From contig OZ024745.1 in NCBI GenBank assembly GCA_964016885.1, forward strand, positions 69,626,001 through 69,690,000: a stretch of DNA of 64,000 nt, read 5' to 3'. This document shows positions 1-14,161 of this stretch, piece after piece; position 1 is the stretch's first letter; each line of letters begins with the position of its first letter. Position numbers and translations under genes: made by a program. This DNA is from Eledone cirrhosa (Eukaryota). A model generated the notes under the pieces. It did no database searches. It had not been told where the DNA came from and worked only from the letters and a program-made list of their open reading frames with translations.

Positions 1-154
1 TTGTTAGATTTTATAGCATTAGTCGATTGGTATATCTTCATCAACCAATTATTTTACTCTCCTCATTGGTACGTTTTTTTATGTGTCATGGCTGCTTCAA
101 TATGTCCTTATAATATATAATTATGTATGTATGTATATATGTATGCACCCCCCC

Positions 155-250
155 ACATATATATATATATACATATATCTATATACATATATCTATATAT
201 ATATATATACATATATATATATTCATATATATACACATATATATATACAT

Positions 251-281
<31 letters not shown>

Positions 282-378
282 CATATATATATATAAATAT
301 ATATATACTATATATATATATACATATATATATATGTATATATATATATATAGTATATATTTATATATATATACTATA

Positions 379-433
<55 letters not shown>

Positions 434-490
434 TTGTTATGTCTGTTTACCTGTGTGTGAGTTTATATATATATATATATATATATAAAC
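155..490. repeat. Degenerate (TA)n/(TATACA) microsatellite
   Basis: Direct inspection; explains the YIYI ORFs at 83-510. Confidence 0.95.
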
Positions 491-595
491 TCACACACAC
501 AGGTAAATAGACATAACAAAACAAATGGCCCAGTACATGGAAGAAATTTATTAGTTTAAAGCTTAAAATAGCAGAAAGAAAATCTTATATATATC

Positions 596-759
596 TATAA
601 GGAAGGAATTGTGGTAAAGAACCAGATGGACCATAACGCACCAAAGTACTCAATACTTAGGGTAGTAGAGTGGGTAATAAACTTTCGACGGCTATTTCTG
701 GACAGTCCAGAAATAGCCGTCGAAACGGCTTGAGCTCTGCCGTCGGGGTCATACTTGTT

Positions 760-761
<2 letters not shown>
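596..761. mobile_element. Small fold-back PLE pLTR remnant in (TA)n with 3' half of a hammerhead; related copy at 27700-27790
   Basis: Perfect 21-bp inverted repeat 683-703/705-725; GTC-GAAA-CGGC-loop-GCCG-TC-GGGGTC; shares ggaccataacg and gccgtcggggtc with 27700-27790. Confidence 0.6.
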
Positions 762-813
<52 letters not shown>

Positions 814-1278
814 CGTATGTACAAAGACACGTACATGCATGCACGCATACACATAAATTTATCTATATAAAGAATCGGGAACCTTTTCTTTATGTGGTTC
901 AATTCCTGAGATTATCCACATATTTCTGTGACAATATCCACCGCCATTTTACTATCCATAGCTAATATTATCCCTTACTGATTTTAACACAGGCTATAAC
1001 ATTATTAGCTACTGTTCCAACAGTACTTGACACCACTAAATATTTTTCTATAACGCAGTACACTATACTATCCCACCCGCCATCTCTCCCTCTCTCTCTC
1101 TCTCTCTTTCCCTTTATATCTATTTCTCGCTCTCTCAACATTGCCACGTGGGTGGTTGCCACCAAAGATAATTAAATTCTTCCTAGTCTTTCTATTAAGA
1201 AAACAAAACTAATAATATTATGATAGGATTAGAGTTTCTACTTATACATTCAGCACACTTTCTATAATTCTCTATCAA

Positions 1279-1279
1279 A

Positions 1280-1334
<55 letters not shown>

Positions 1335-1592
1335 CTTCTTCTTCTTCTTCTTCTTCTTCTTCTTCTTCTTCTTCTTCTTCTTCTTCTTTTTCTTCTTCTT
1401 CTTCTTCTTCTTCTTCTTTTTCTTCTTCTTCTTCTGTTTCTTCTTCTTCTTCTTCTTCTTCTTCTTCTTCATCGTCGCCACCACTACAATCATCATCATC
1501 ATCATCATCATCGTCACCACTTCCACCACCACAACAACCCCACCATCATCATCATCATCATCATCATCATTTTGTTATTATTATTATTATTA
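1279..1592. repeat. Compound trinucleotide microsatellite (GTT)n(CTT)n(CAT)n(TAT)n
   Basis: Direct inspection. Confidence 0.97.
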
Positions 1593-1593
1593 A

Positions 1594-2255
1594 GGTGGAT
1601 TGGCAGTATCGGTAGAGGGTCGGACGCCATGCTTTCCAGCATAGTTACGTCCCTTTACGATCTGAGTTCAAATCCCGCCGAGGTTGACTTTGCCTTTCAT
1701 CCTTACGGGGTCGATAAAATAAAGTACCAGTAATGCACTGGGTAATTGTTGGCCTTGTGCCTAAAGTAGAAATAATAATAATAATTATTATTATTAGCAG
1801 TAACAGGGGTGGTAGATTGGCAGTATCGGTAGAGGGTCGGACGTCATGCTTTGACGCATAGAGTTACGGCCCTTTCTATTCTGAGTTCAAATCCCGCTGA
1901 GGTCAACTTTGCCTTTCATCCCTACGGTGTCGATGAAATAAAGTACCAGTAATGTACTGTGTAATTGCTGGCCTTGTGCCAAAAGTAGAAACAATTATAA
2001 TAATAATAATAATAATAATAATTATTATTATTATTATTGGATTGGCAGGGGCAGCTGATTGGCAGTATCGGTAGAGCGTCGGGAATATGCGTTGTGATAT
2101 AGAGTTACGGCCCTTTAGGTTCTACATTCAAATCCCGCCGAGGTTAGCTTTGCCTTTCATCCTTACGGGGTCAATAAAATAAAGTACCAGTAATGCACTG
2201 AGATCGATTTAATCAACTCCCCCACCCAAATTGCTGGCCTTGTGCCTATAATAGA
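1594..2255 (+). mobile_element. Three head-to-tail copies of a ~180-bp tRNA-derived SINE (about 1594-1772, 1808-1990, 2048-2255)
   Basis: A-box-like TGGCAGTATCGGTAGAG, B-box GAGTTCAAATCC, central GCCTTTCATCCTTACGGGGTCGATAAAATAAAGTACCAG (resembles Meta/MESC-type SINE core), tail GGCCTTGTGCCTAAAGTAGAAA(TAA)n. Confidence 0.9.
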
Positions 2256-5200
2256 AATTCTTATTATCATTGTTGTTAATTTTTTTCTTCGTTTTCTCAA
2301 TTTCCTCCTCCTCCATTTGTTTTACTTATTGATGGATTTATTTACTAATGGTTTGCACAGTAATTATGATAGTTACACCATCTTCCATTGCCTGTCGAAT
2401 CCCAACACCTACCTCAGACACATAGTACATTCATGAGTATATGAGCAGTGCTTAACAGGGCAATCTTTCGTAGGAGATATATTTGTGATTAAGTTACCCT
2501 CTTAGTTTTAGTCGCTAGCTGCGATGACATCTTGGACCATCTAGATGTTGTTTTGAGATATTGACTAAATTCGTGCAAGTTCAACTTTAATAACATTTCT
2601 CAGGTTTCTCTCTGATGTTCCCCCTACGGACCCCTTTTAATATTGGATGGAAAATATTTGCTCAGGTAACTGTTTATCGTCATCACTTTGTTTCAGTTTA
2701 CTCTGTTCCTTTTATTCTTCTTTCTTATTATCTTCGCATTTTTACCAAACACGTATAGTCGGTCTATCAAATAACCAGACTTATTTTGTCGTCGTATCTG
2801 TTTCACAATCTTAAAGTCAATATACGTCTTTCAATGACGTTTCCTAGTCTCCTGAGATAGTAACATCAATAATCTGGTATTCAAGATTATTTATGTGCAT
2901 TACTAAAGTTTCAGGTCGGTTGTTGTTTTAAGTCAGAGGTATATTTGGATAGTCAAGTTCCAAAGTATCTAACTTGGGTTTGTCTCTGTTATCAAGAACG
3001 CATTATGCAACATGGCGGTGAACTTATCAGACACATAAATATTTAATATTTTCATACATTGATCAGTGAAAGTAAATACAGACCTTGAGATTTTTTCGTT
3101 TATATTTATCTTTAACTAGTAATTTGCCCGCGCTCATTTCGCGGGGGGAAATGTATGCATTATCTCCATACAGTCAGCACTTCAGGCATTTGATATGAAG
3201 GTATAAACGATATTCAAAGCTTGGTATTGGAATACGATCAGCAATGTTTCAGTCACCTGTTTTAGATACTCAGGAGAATAAGTCACAAGACATTTCATAT
3301 ATAATTCGAAAGATTTGTGCTCTCATTGCTCCACTTCATTTAGTTGGACAAATAATTTATACATGAAATTCAGACGTCCGACCTTGTTCTACGCTGTGTC
3401 GCTGAGAATAATGTATAAATATCACGTGTGAGTGGAATTCTCAACCACTTGTACGTCAAATTCAGAAGCAGATGATTCTTTTGGACAAATATCTAGAACA
3501 TTCATCGTCGTTAGAGCAGGAGGTCAAATACTATGTAAAAATGATTCAAACGAAGTCTCAGGCGGTTTCTTATTCTTTCTCCGCCAATAGGCACAGTGTA
3601 ACTGATAATACGATCACATGCGTAGCACCTTCTATTCTGGCTATGGACCATAGCAAATTGAAAATTAAATAGTTCATTAGTTCTGTGAAATGTCAGTGTT
3701 TAAATAGGGCCCCTTTGTAATTTACCAAAATTTAACAGTCTCATGTCATATTTTCATGAATGTTATGTCTTTAAACGTTGATATATGTTTAAGCCCTATA
3801 TAAAATCAATAATATTTAAGCGAAGAGTGTGACAAGCACCAGAACACATTTCATCGCAAACATCTGCTGCAATATAATTATAAATATATAAATATGCATG
3901 TACAGACTTACATTTATATGCGCACACATAATCAGACAAATAAATATTGAGCAAATATTTCTCCAGACAATTTCTCCAGACGTGGTATTCGATTTTTTTC
4001 TTTCTAGCTGTGTTGCTCAAGAGTGTATGTGTATGTGTGCGTGCGTATGTGTATTATTTGTGTGTGTGGGGGGGGGGGTACGTGTGTGTATGTAGATGTT
4101 TGTGTTTCTCTATATATTGTTAATTTGTTTTAGTTTGAGCTAGGTTAATCGGTATAAAGGCACTCACTGACACTCAAACCCACAGACGTCGTGTGTTATA
4201 TTTTCGTTTCTAATGCAACAACAATTGTCTATTCCATTGGGGAGTGTTATCATCATGCGACTTCATATTAGGCACTCTTGATTCCCATCATTCCGTTCAA
4301 CACCCATATAATTTCCACCACCCCAGGCCACATAATAACCTACCTGCCCATAATATCGGTCATACGAAACTGTCCTCATGTTCAGGTCTTCAAAGTAGTG
4401 TGTCTACGACAGTTTCAGTCGAACATCTCGGAGAGTCTGTGAAGGCCACTGGAAATCCTTCTTCCTTGTAAAATATATAAAAATGTCTCTATGAAAGCGC
4501 GTGTGAAGAACCAATCATGTTAGAACCAATCATGACTGAATGGTTGAGAAGTTCGCTTGGCAAACTTTATATCGCAGCTGCAATTTCACTCGATGTGATC
4601 CTGGACTAGTGTAATTTACAATGGATTCACGTTACCCCAAGCCTTCTAAGTTAAACTGGATTGACAAATGGGCTGTATCTATTATTCAAGATCGAGCTTT
4701 GCCGCACAAATTCACAGAGAATCTCCCAGAGAATTGCGTTAAGTGTGCAGGTGTTTTTTTAAATGCTCAAATATTAATTCTTTGATTCCATACGTGTATC
4801 TAAGATCGTATGTCATTCTTTAAAACTCTTTTCATTTGTGTTGAAATTCTAATAACATCTTAACTGTAAGGGCTTTACTTCCGCAATAAATTAGTAATGA
4901 TCCACATCACATGAAAGATGATAAACCAATGGTCACTCTATCGTGTTTCATATGCCCTATTTACAACATAATGACGGGTCTTCTGCCGCCGACGACATTA
5001 AACATTAAGGTTCCCGAGCAACTGAATATCCAACTCTTAGATTACCCTGTAAGTGCTTCAGTATTCCACAGACATTTGTACACTGCTGTCTATTACATCA
5101 GTTGAAATGTGATTATGGTGATGGGTATATGTGGAGCGTAATGTTTTATGGTATAATATGTTCCGCTATTCGCTACCACCCATGTAGCAAATAACCAGCC

Positions 5201-8200
5201 AACCACACAAGTATAACAAACATGTTCACAGACATTATGATAACACCAGTATGGGCTTAGCATTATCTTTCGTTTTTCGGGTTTAATAGAATAAATTATC
5301 AGTTCGGTCATGCCATACTAAGAGTTCTTAACTCCTATTTGAGTCGTAGCGGCGACACCATGTGGCATCTGTGTGAGAACACAGCATGGCTGAATAGTTG
5401 AAAAGTTCACTTCCTAGTTATTAGGCTCTGGATCCTATCACATAGTCTGAATCTTTGGCAATTGGCCCTTACAATAGCCCATTCCTCTCTAGCTTACCTG
5501 ACAGCTGATCTTCTCTGGAGGTAGAGATTGAGAAAATAAAGAAAGAAAGAGACAGATAGAGAGAGAGAGAGCGCGAGAGAGAGAGATAGGGGGGGGAGAA
5601 TGTAAGAGGAAGTGAAGTCATAAATAGATATTCAGGAATCATCCACCCCAGTGCTGGACTTTATTTCTTGATAAAAAATGATGAACAGCAAAGTCGATCT
5701 CAGCAAGATTTGAACACAGAGCTCACTGACCCGGAAGAAACACCGCAAAGCCTTCTATTGGATGTTTTCATGATCCTACTAATTAACCGCCCAAGTCGTC
5801 AGGTACACTTCACTTCACCCTCTTCCCCATAGGTACAGCTTTGTATCGTTATTAGACATTAATATTACATGTATTTTATATATGGAAGCACATGGTATAA
5901 ACGTCTGACGACTGTACTTCATGTCTTTTAATATTATATAGTTACATTTCCTTGTCTTGATTCAAATCCTGCACTGATTATCTTTCGATGTTATTCCCAC
6001 CATGGTAGATACACTAAGTACCAGTAATTTTTACGAATATACTCCATAGACGTCTAAGAATGGGACTAGATGTTGCTGCCAATATAAAATTTAATATCTT
6101 TCTGCAAGATTAACGTGTGGTGTCATACCTGTGTATGAAAATAAACGAATGTTTATTACTGACAACTCCTAATTAAATTTAGCTATGAATATAAGCTGGG
6201 CTTAGATAATCATATATTAAAACATAATTGGAAGTTTCGTTTACGAGTATATGAAATAAATCAACGGTATTAATATTCAACGTAAATATGAATAACCTCA
6301 TTCTTATTGAAATGCCAAAATAAAAAAAGAAATTAATAATGAAATCAGAACATCTGTTAATAGAAAGTGACGCTTTTTTGTAACAAAGCTACATAGTAAA
6401 TCCCCCTGAACATGATCAAATGTGTAAAGAATAGAAAAACGAAATAGCTATTGAGGAATATTTATCCGTTAGGATTCCTTTCAGTAGGGGGGAAAACATT
6501 TTGCTACAGAAAGATATGTAAATTTGAGTGCTTTTCCTATTTACCCGTATATTTGATGATGGAATTAACGTTTATCGACATTTTCTGACACATCAAAGGA
6601 ACTTTTAACACCCATAAATCTACCCTTTCTTCGTGTTATATAAAAGCACTGTTTTGTGTGGTTATTGTCGTATTTTCCCTTATTGACACTTTAAATCCTA
6701 TCAGAGTATTGAGTAGCATTGATTTATTGTATCTAGAAGAGATTACATTTTTCAATTATAGAGGCATGGTAAAAATCTTTTGTTGGGTTAGCTATTGTGA
6801 ACTGCGTAACAACAATAGCAACAACAACATCGAAAACAAATGTATCATCTTTCTTTTCTTCTTAATTTACTATTATTTATTATACTGTAACTCTAGAATC
6901 ACTAATAGCAAAAAGAGAAAAAAGAATCTGTCGGGCATAACAATTTAGCGCACAAGATTCTGCAAATTTTATCAACAATGTCATTTTTATGGAGACTGCT
7001 TGAATATATGAGTTTGTAATGAAGAAAAGAAGCGGTAAAATTATTTTGGATTAAACACTTCTAGTTTTATTTATTTTATTCTTTGTCATGAATGAAACAA
7101 ATGATTAAATATTAGAACTGCTAAACGTGAATTTTCAGACCTGCGCTGTTAAATATATATGAACACTAATATTACGTAATACGTGAACGAACTTTCAAAA
7201 TTGCTGCAGTCTTTAGAAACATTCATTTTCCAAGCAATCTAAGAGCAAGAATAAGAAGAAAAGAAAAAAAAAGCTGTTACATTAGGCAATCAGAAATACA
7301 CTTGTTTTTTGATGTTTAAATAAACCAGTTAAATCAACTGATCATTTACTCATATAACAGATGGAATACACAGTAATAGCTGCCCATTATAGATCAAATA
7401 CTTTCTAGGATATTTCATCATTTCATCATCAGTTGCTAGGATGCCATTTGCTAATATGATATTAATATCATCGTGGGTTTATTAAAACTTTTGTTTTATA
7501 CTTTACATTTGCGGTGGAAAGCATTGTTAACTATTCTTAAAGAAGAACCTAGAATCTGTAGGCGTATAAAAGTACAGAGAATGGAGAAATACATTTAACG
7601 TTATGCAGAAAGGCGAAACCTTTGAAGGAAAGTTCTGTATTGTTGGAATATTTGGTACTTAATGAACAAAATGAAATTAAAAAGGGTATATTGTTAACAA
7701 TAAATTTAAAAGTATAGAAATGAAATCATAAAATTTTCCTATCGAATCATTCATATACACATGAAGGTTTGTAATGAAATAAATCCCAAATCTGGTAATT
7801 TTAAGTTATTTTCAGAAACTAAATTTTAGTTCCATATAGGATGTAATATAAAATCTCAGTTTTATTACCGAGCATGAAAATAATTATTTCTAACATATGC
7901 ACAGGAGCAGTAATTCGGGCAGAGGAGAAAGTCGATTAAACCAGTCCCAGTACTTTTGTGGCACTTTATTTCATATACTCCGGATTGCTAAAAGGATAGT
8001 TATCTTAGTAGCATATGAAATTAAAACGTAAATGGCCGTAATTAAATGTAACAAAGCATTTTATCCGAAGCTCTAAAGATTCCGCCAATCCACCTCTCCA
8101 ATTAGCGTACTATGAATAATAGCGTACTATGAATAATAGCGTACTAGTATCTAGCACTTTTCTACATATCTTAGAATATGAGAAAATTTGTATTTGAATG

Positions 8201-10031
8201 GTTCCTGAAATAGTTAGGCCCTAAATCGTGTTCAAAATGGAGTCATTCTATATTGCATAGCATTGTCCTCTTCAACAATGGCTTACAAGGATTACTTTGT
8301 ACTACGGTAAATAAAATAGGGCTGTATGTGCACACATATATACACTAAATTAATGTATAATGCACATACATTTCTTCTCGGTGTGCAATAAAAACAGCAA
8401 GCTCGGTAGAAATACAGTGAGATTAAATGTGTTTATTTTACATAAAAGTATTGTATATCTTTATTCATTTATTCTGAATCAGCCGTTGTTCATGTTATTG
8501 TTAATTAAATGTAATATATGGAACAAGTATTAAAGACCAATTAATATTGAATAAATGTGCAGGCTCTAGAATAACAACGTATTAATACATAAATATGTAT
8601 TTATAATATATCGCCTCTGTACATGGCACAATTTAACATACAATTGAGTTAGATACAACCGTAAGAACTAATAACATGCAAACTATAACTTACTGTTCGA
8701 TAATATTACCACATTTGGTGTCCTTATGAAGCCATTTGTTAAAAGTTTCTCTGTGGACTAATAAATGTGTACATAATTTATGAGAATGATCCAAATATAT
8801 TCGAAACTCAATTATTTTTTTAGGTCCACCGAGAAATATAAGACACATTCTTACATATGCCAGTGTGTTTTCTAACATAATTCCACTGATTCTTCTAAAT
8901 ATTACATTGTTACTGTACAGGTATGTATGTAGAATGTATAGCACACTAAACATACACCACATTAAATATGAGTGAAACTTCAACTACTACGTAACGCTTT
9001 AAATTTTCGTCAATGAATGAACATATAGAACTAAAAATTATTCGAACAATAAGTTGATGTTACACGTATGAAGGTTCTGCGTCTATCAAGATCGACGGCA
9101 AGAAATCGAACAATCTGGTAGACAGCGTATTACATATATTGACAATTTCAGAAATTACTGACCTGGAATTTATCCAGACATTGAAAATTGCAATGTTAGA
9201 GACAGAATTGAGAACATGGAACTGGTGCCTTGAAAGGGTAACGTCCTAACGAACTAACAAAATAACCAACCAAAGAAATAACAAGCGAACCGATTCCCCC
9301 ACTCACTCTATATATATTATTAAAATGCAAGAGAAGGATGAGAAAATAACTACCACCATCCTGGCTACGGAACGCAATACAGGCACTCTAAGAATCTGAT
9401 TAGATGACTAGAGCTTCCAATTAATAACGGAATGGAAAGAAACGAGACAGCGTGGGTTATCTAGTATGATCCAGACACAGTTGCACGGGCACAATTCAAA
9501 AATACATGCTTATTTATATATTTACACTCACATTCACATATCATATATGCACATCTAGGGATAGATTTACGTACACACACATATGTCATTACATTTACTC
9601 ACATACATACGCACTTACATGTTTACAAATATATTTCCACATATTAACACACATACAGATACATTTACCTACACACACACACACACATCATATACATGCT
9701 TACACATACATACAATCAGTCGATGTATACATTTGAGAATACTATGTATTCTCAGCAGTCCCAGTGTGTAGTAGTGACGAGAATACACAATCTTAATAAG
9801 GAGCACACACTCTGACACAAATGTCGATTGTCTTCTATCAGCTACCGCTAGGAAAAACGATGACGTTGGTCATCTAACACGTGGTGATTATGAGTCTATT
9901 TGCTTGCAAACAAACCGACTATTAATAATATTATGATATATTATAATAATATTATTATTCACTCACGAATATATATATATATATATATATACGATATTAA
10001 CAAATGGAAACTATATTTATAAAACCATATT

Positions 10032-10097
10032 TATTTCATTATACATATTTCAAGGACACCAAGTTAAATTATGGTGTGCTTTCATCAGACAAAATAT
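10032..10097 (-). ncRNA. Type I minimal hammerhead ribozyme candidate in pLTR
   Basis: TATTTTGT-CTGATGA-AAGCACACCA..TGGTGTCCTT-GAAA-TATGTA-TA-ATGAAATA; stems I and II pair; near-palindromic stem III; the inverted copy near 14275 has a mutated core (TTAATGA). Confidence 0.75.
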
Positions 10098-11621
10098 AAT
10101 ATAGATCAGTTTTATAAATAAATATTGACATACCCTTAAAAAATGCAACCATTACTGTTGGAAGCTCCCGGATAGTGGAGTTGTTTACTTATATTATTAT
10201 TAGTATTGGATATTTTTATTTTTAAAATAAGCCGTTGGGTTACAGAGAAAGAAAAAGAAGGAGAGAGAGAAAAAGAAGGAGAGAGAGAGAGAAAAGAGAG
10301 AGAGAGAGACCAAAACAACAGAGAGAGAAAGATATATAGAGAGAGAGCAGACAGAGAGAAGAGTAGAGAACGAAAACTCTAAGTCATATCTTGTTGAGTT
10401 AACTTAACAATTTAGATGAAATGAATAAATAAAATTAGAAATGTTAATAATCATGAATGGAATATACATATATAATATGAGAAATTAATCATTGTTTAAA
10501 TATGATTAGATGTTTAGTTAGTCATTTAAAAATTGAGATCAATATATTAAAAATTGGGATCTATACATTAAGAAATCCATATATTGCTAGGGAACTACAT
10601 ATCATATAACACGTAGACACACGCAAAAATACATATAAATATATATACACACTTATAAAATACATAACATATCTAACTACGTATATAATATATACACACA
10701 AAGCATAAAGGATTCTTTAATTTCATTTAAGATATAGGAATCTTAAAAATGTTATAATTGTTAAGATATTAAAGGAAATTTTATGTTATACACACTTTAT
10801 GTTATTAAACAAAATTTTTTATATAAGTTTTATAAGATTACCTGTTATGTATTTATGGCTGTTAATTATATGTTTATCTGTCAGGAATCATTGGGAAAAT
10901 CATTATACATAAGTGCAATCAAATTGTATGGATATACACGCACATGCATATACATAATTCTCACATATACATATATATACATGTGTGTGTACCCTCAGCC
11001 AATAGGTAGATACGCATACATATACATACAGACAGACATACATTCATAAAAACGCATAGAACATATGTACATGTATGTCAATACACACATATACATATAT
11101 ACACACATATAGAGAGAAGTATATATCAATACAGTACATAGTGTAATTGAGTACATAAAATACAAAAGGATTATATTACAATTTGGAAATATAATTATAA
11201 GCAATATAACTTTAAAAGCAATACAATTTTAAAATATTATAGAATATTTTAAGTTATAATTTCAAAATAATAGTATGTTTAATAGATTTAGTACATAAAT
11301 TTATCTTACGTATACTTAACTCAAAATTTTGAAAGGATAAACATTCGAAAATAGGAGAATCTATCAGAACAATAAGAAAACAATAAAAAAATAAAAAAAT
11401 AAGAAATAGGAAATATTTTCTCCTTTCAAGAGCTCTCAATATATTTCTCTAGAATAGTTTATTATATTTATATTTATTTATATTTAGCAAGAAAACTTAT
11501 TTTTACTTGAGTGTCTAATCAGTCAAAAAAGATGAAGGAATCTAATGATTTATCGACAGGATTCATATATTAATAAAATTAATTAATTAATTATATACTA
11601 CATTTTAAATTTATATTTATA

Positions 11622-12110
11622 TTAAAACGTTGAGTTTAATCTATGTCTGCAGCAACTGAATAAATTATTCCTTAAGTTCAGGGAATTTTTGGTCTTTAAT
11701 ATAAAGAATATTTCCTCTATACAAAGATCGCAATTTTCTGAAGAGGAGTTAAAAGGAGTAGCTTTTGAAATAATATTCCAAATCAACGAATATTCAAGGT
11801 TCTTTAGTTTTAGGTCCCATAATAGGTTAGATAGAGAAGTTGAAGATTTTTTGTTTGGATCTGTAAAATAATTTTTATGATTATTGAAGCGGGATTTAAA
11901 CTCTGTGGAAGTAGATCCCACATACTTAAATGAATTTAAATTACTTTTTACATTACAAGTATATACTACATTATATACTACTAAGCAATTGTTATTTAAC
12001 GGACAGTTAGATTTATTTCTACAGTTACATTTATCAGATTGAATATTGCATGGGTTATTATTGGTTAGGTTTTAAATTTCTATTATTAATTCTATTAATA
12101 TTTTGCGCTA
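11622..12110 (-). pseudogene. Naiad-type PLE GIY-YIG endonuclease remnant
   Basis: CNCRNKSNCPLNNNC..VVYTCNV..KYVGSTSTEFKSRFNNH..CDLCIEE..SCCRH. Confidence 0.88.
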
Positions 12111-12111
12111 A

Positions 12112-12215
12112 CGAGACATCTGGACTTCATCTCACAGTTCACGAACGACATTCAACATATTCCAGGTTCTTTGAATACAGCGGCCGATGCGCTGTCTCAC
12201 CTACCCATCATCTTC
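12112..12215 (+). mobile_element. Ty3/Gypsy pol fragment (end of RNase H region)
   Basis: Translates RHLDFISQFTNDIQHIPGSLNTAADALSHLP, matching the Gypsy I.HIPG..N.AADALSR motif. Confidence 0.75.
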
Positions 12216-13034
12216 TTGCCAGCACTAGTAAACTACCATAATAGCTTCGTTCCTCAGCTACTGGTACAACACTTACCATTAACATTTAATGCAAGAACAG
12301 CAACTTCGCCCATGTCAGGCTTTATCTGTTTTCTGGTAGACCTTTGGTGGTCACGTATAAACTACAAAACAGCTAGTCATTTGACAGCGGCTCAACACGG
12401 CCCGTCGCGCCTCATTTTTTTTTTCTTGCATGCATCTTTCTGCTCAATTATGTTTTCACTGATGTGCTCTTTCAGCATTTGTTCTTGCTGATTCAATAAT
12501 CTGTTGGTCCTCGGCTTCATCGTTAACGATTTTCGGCTAAAAATCTGCTCGGAGGTGATGTAGTGACCTACATTCCGCGGGCTCACATACATTCTCTGTG
12601 CGTGATTTGGCTCAGCTCAGCCAATCAGCGCCAGTAGAAAGGATGTATCCCTACGCGTTCTGAGGGAGAAATAGCCCGCAAAGATTTGAGGACGCTATGA
12701 CTCGCAGCTTCGACCGTGCTAAGGTAAACAACCATTTTTCTTGCGCCGTGAAATCACTAGCCAATATGTAACACAACCATTTAACCACGGCCTGGCAACG
12801 CTTCTCTCAGCCAGTAGCCCGTGTCTTTCTGGAATCTTAATTAGTTTGTTTAATTTCTCTTGGCATGCCAGCTCAACCTTTGTTAATAAATAATGTAAAA
12901 ACAAGCTAAAGTCGTGGTCGATATTCCTATCATATCTTTCTACCAAACCTGGTTCCTTGTGGCAACCTTACCAACTTCTAAATACTTCTCCGCTAAATTG
13001 GTGACTTATATTCAACAAAGAGAAACATTCTTTT

Positions 13035-13740
13035 CCTTTATGTCTATTAAAAATTGAGTAATATCTATGTGTTCTAGGGAAGCATTTGTCAAGAGCTTTA
13101 AAAAATAGTTTAGCAATAGGGGTTTTAATATTTAATGAGAAAGGAGGAGCGAACCATAATATGTTCCTAGTTCTATTTCTTTTTCGGCTTTCGGAATTAA
13201 TGTAAGGCTTTCTATTATAGTTGTTAAAATTGTTACCACAGTTAAAATTGTTACGATTATGGTTAGTTGTTATATTAATATTATTATCGATGTATTTAAT
13301 TTTATTTCTATACCCAGCTCTACCTAACGCTTCGTTGTAATAATGTGCTTTTTCATCAAATATATTCTTATTAGCTGAAATTCTCGAAATCCGTTCTTGT
13401 ACAGAGTTCACTATATTATTTTTAACGGATCTGGGGTGATTAGAGTTAAAATTGACGTAATTTAAGTTCTCATTTAGTTTGTGAAATGGATAAGGAAGAC
13501 ATGTATTAAGATTTAGTGTTACATCTACAAAATTGACTATTTTATGGTTATTCTCTATTTCTACTTTTAGATTAAGGTAATTAAAAAATTGTATAATTTG
13601 TTTTCTTTTTCTATTTAGTTCATAGTTATTATTTTCTATAAGTAAAAGCATGTCGTCACGATATAAACCTCCCGTTATCTCAGGTATTTTTCTATGTAGA
13701 GAATTAATTATAAATAGGCCCACAAGATCCGTTACCTGAA
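13035..13740 (-). pseudogene. Naiad-type PLE reverse transcriptase C-terminal half/thumb
   Basis: ORF 12968-13723: GGLYRDDML, NFVDVTLNL, YVNFNSNHP, ILWFAPPFSLNIKT, IFNRH. Confidence 0.9.
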
Positions 13741-14034
13741 TGATTACCGTTATCTAAACAATGATTAATTTCTCATATTATATATGTATATTCCATTTCT
13801 AATTATATTTATTCATTTCAACTCAATTGTTAAGTAACTCAACAGGATATGACTTAGAGTTTTCGTTCTCTCCCCTTCTCTCTGTCTACTCTCTCTCTAT
13901 ATATCTTTCTCTCTCTGTTGTTTTGGTATCTCTCTATCTCTTTTCTCTCTATCTTTTTCTCTCTCTCCTTCTTTTTCTTTCTCTGTAACCCAACGGCTTA
14001 TTTTAAAAATAAAAATATCCAATACTAATAATAA

Positions 14035-14161
14035 CTGTTTCTACTTTAGGCACAAGGCCAGCAATTATCCAGTGCATTACTGGTATTTTATTTTATCGAC
14101 CCCGTAAGGATGAAAGGCAAAGTCAACCTCGGCGGGATTTGAACTCAGATCGTAAAGGGAC
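14035..14161 (-). mobile_element. 5'-truncated SINE inserted in the inverted pLTR copy
   Basis: Same SINE family as 1594; flanked by AATAATAA target duplication; absent from the 10190 copy of the pLTR. Confidence 0.9.

Noticed and set aside
3115-3150. Helitron-like terminus ACTAGT..CCCGCG..CGCGGG
   Set aside because: Single short motif; matching end and body not identifiable
4345-4467. Minus-strand exon-like segment with AG/GT borders
   Set aside because: Stops in all three frames
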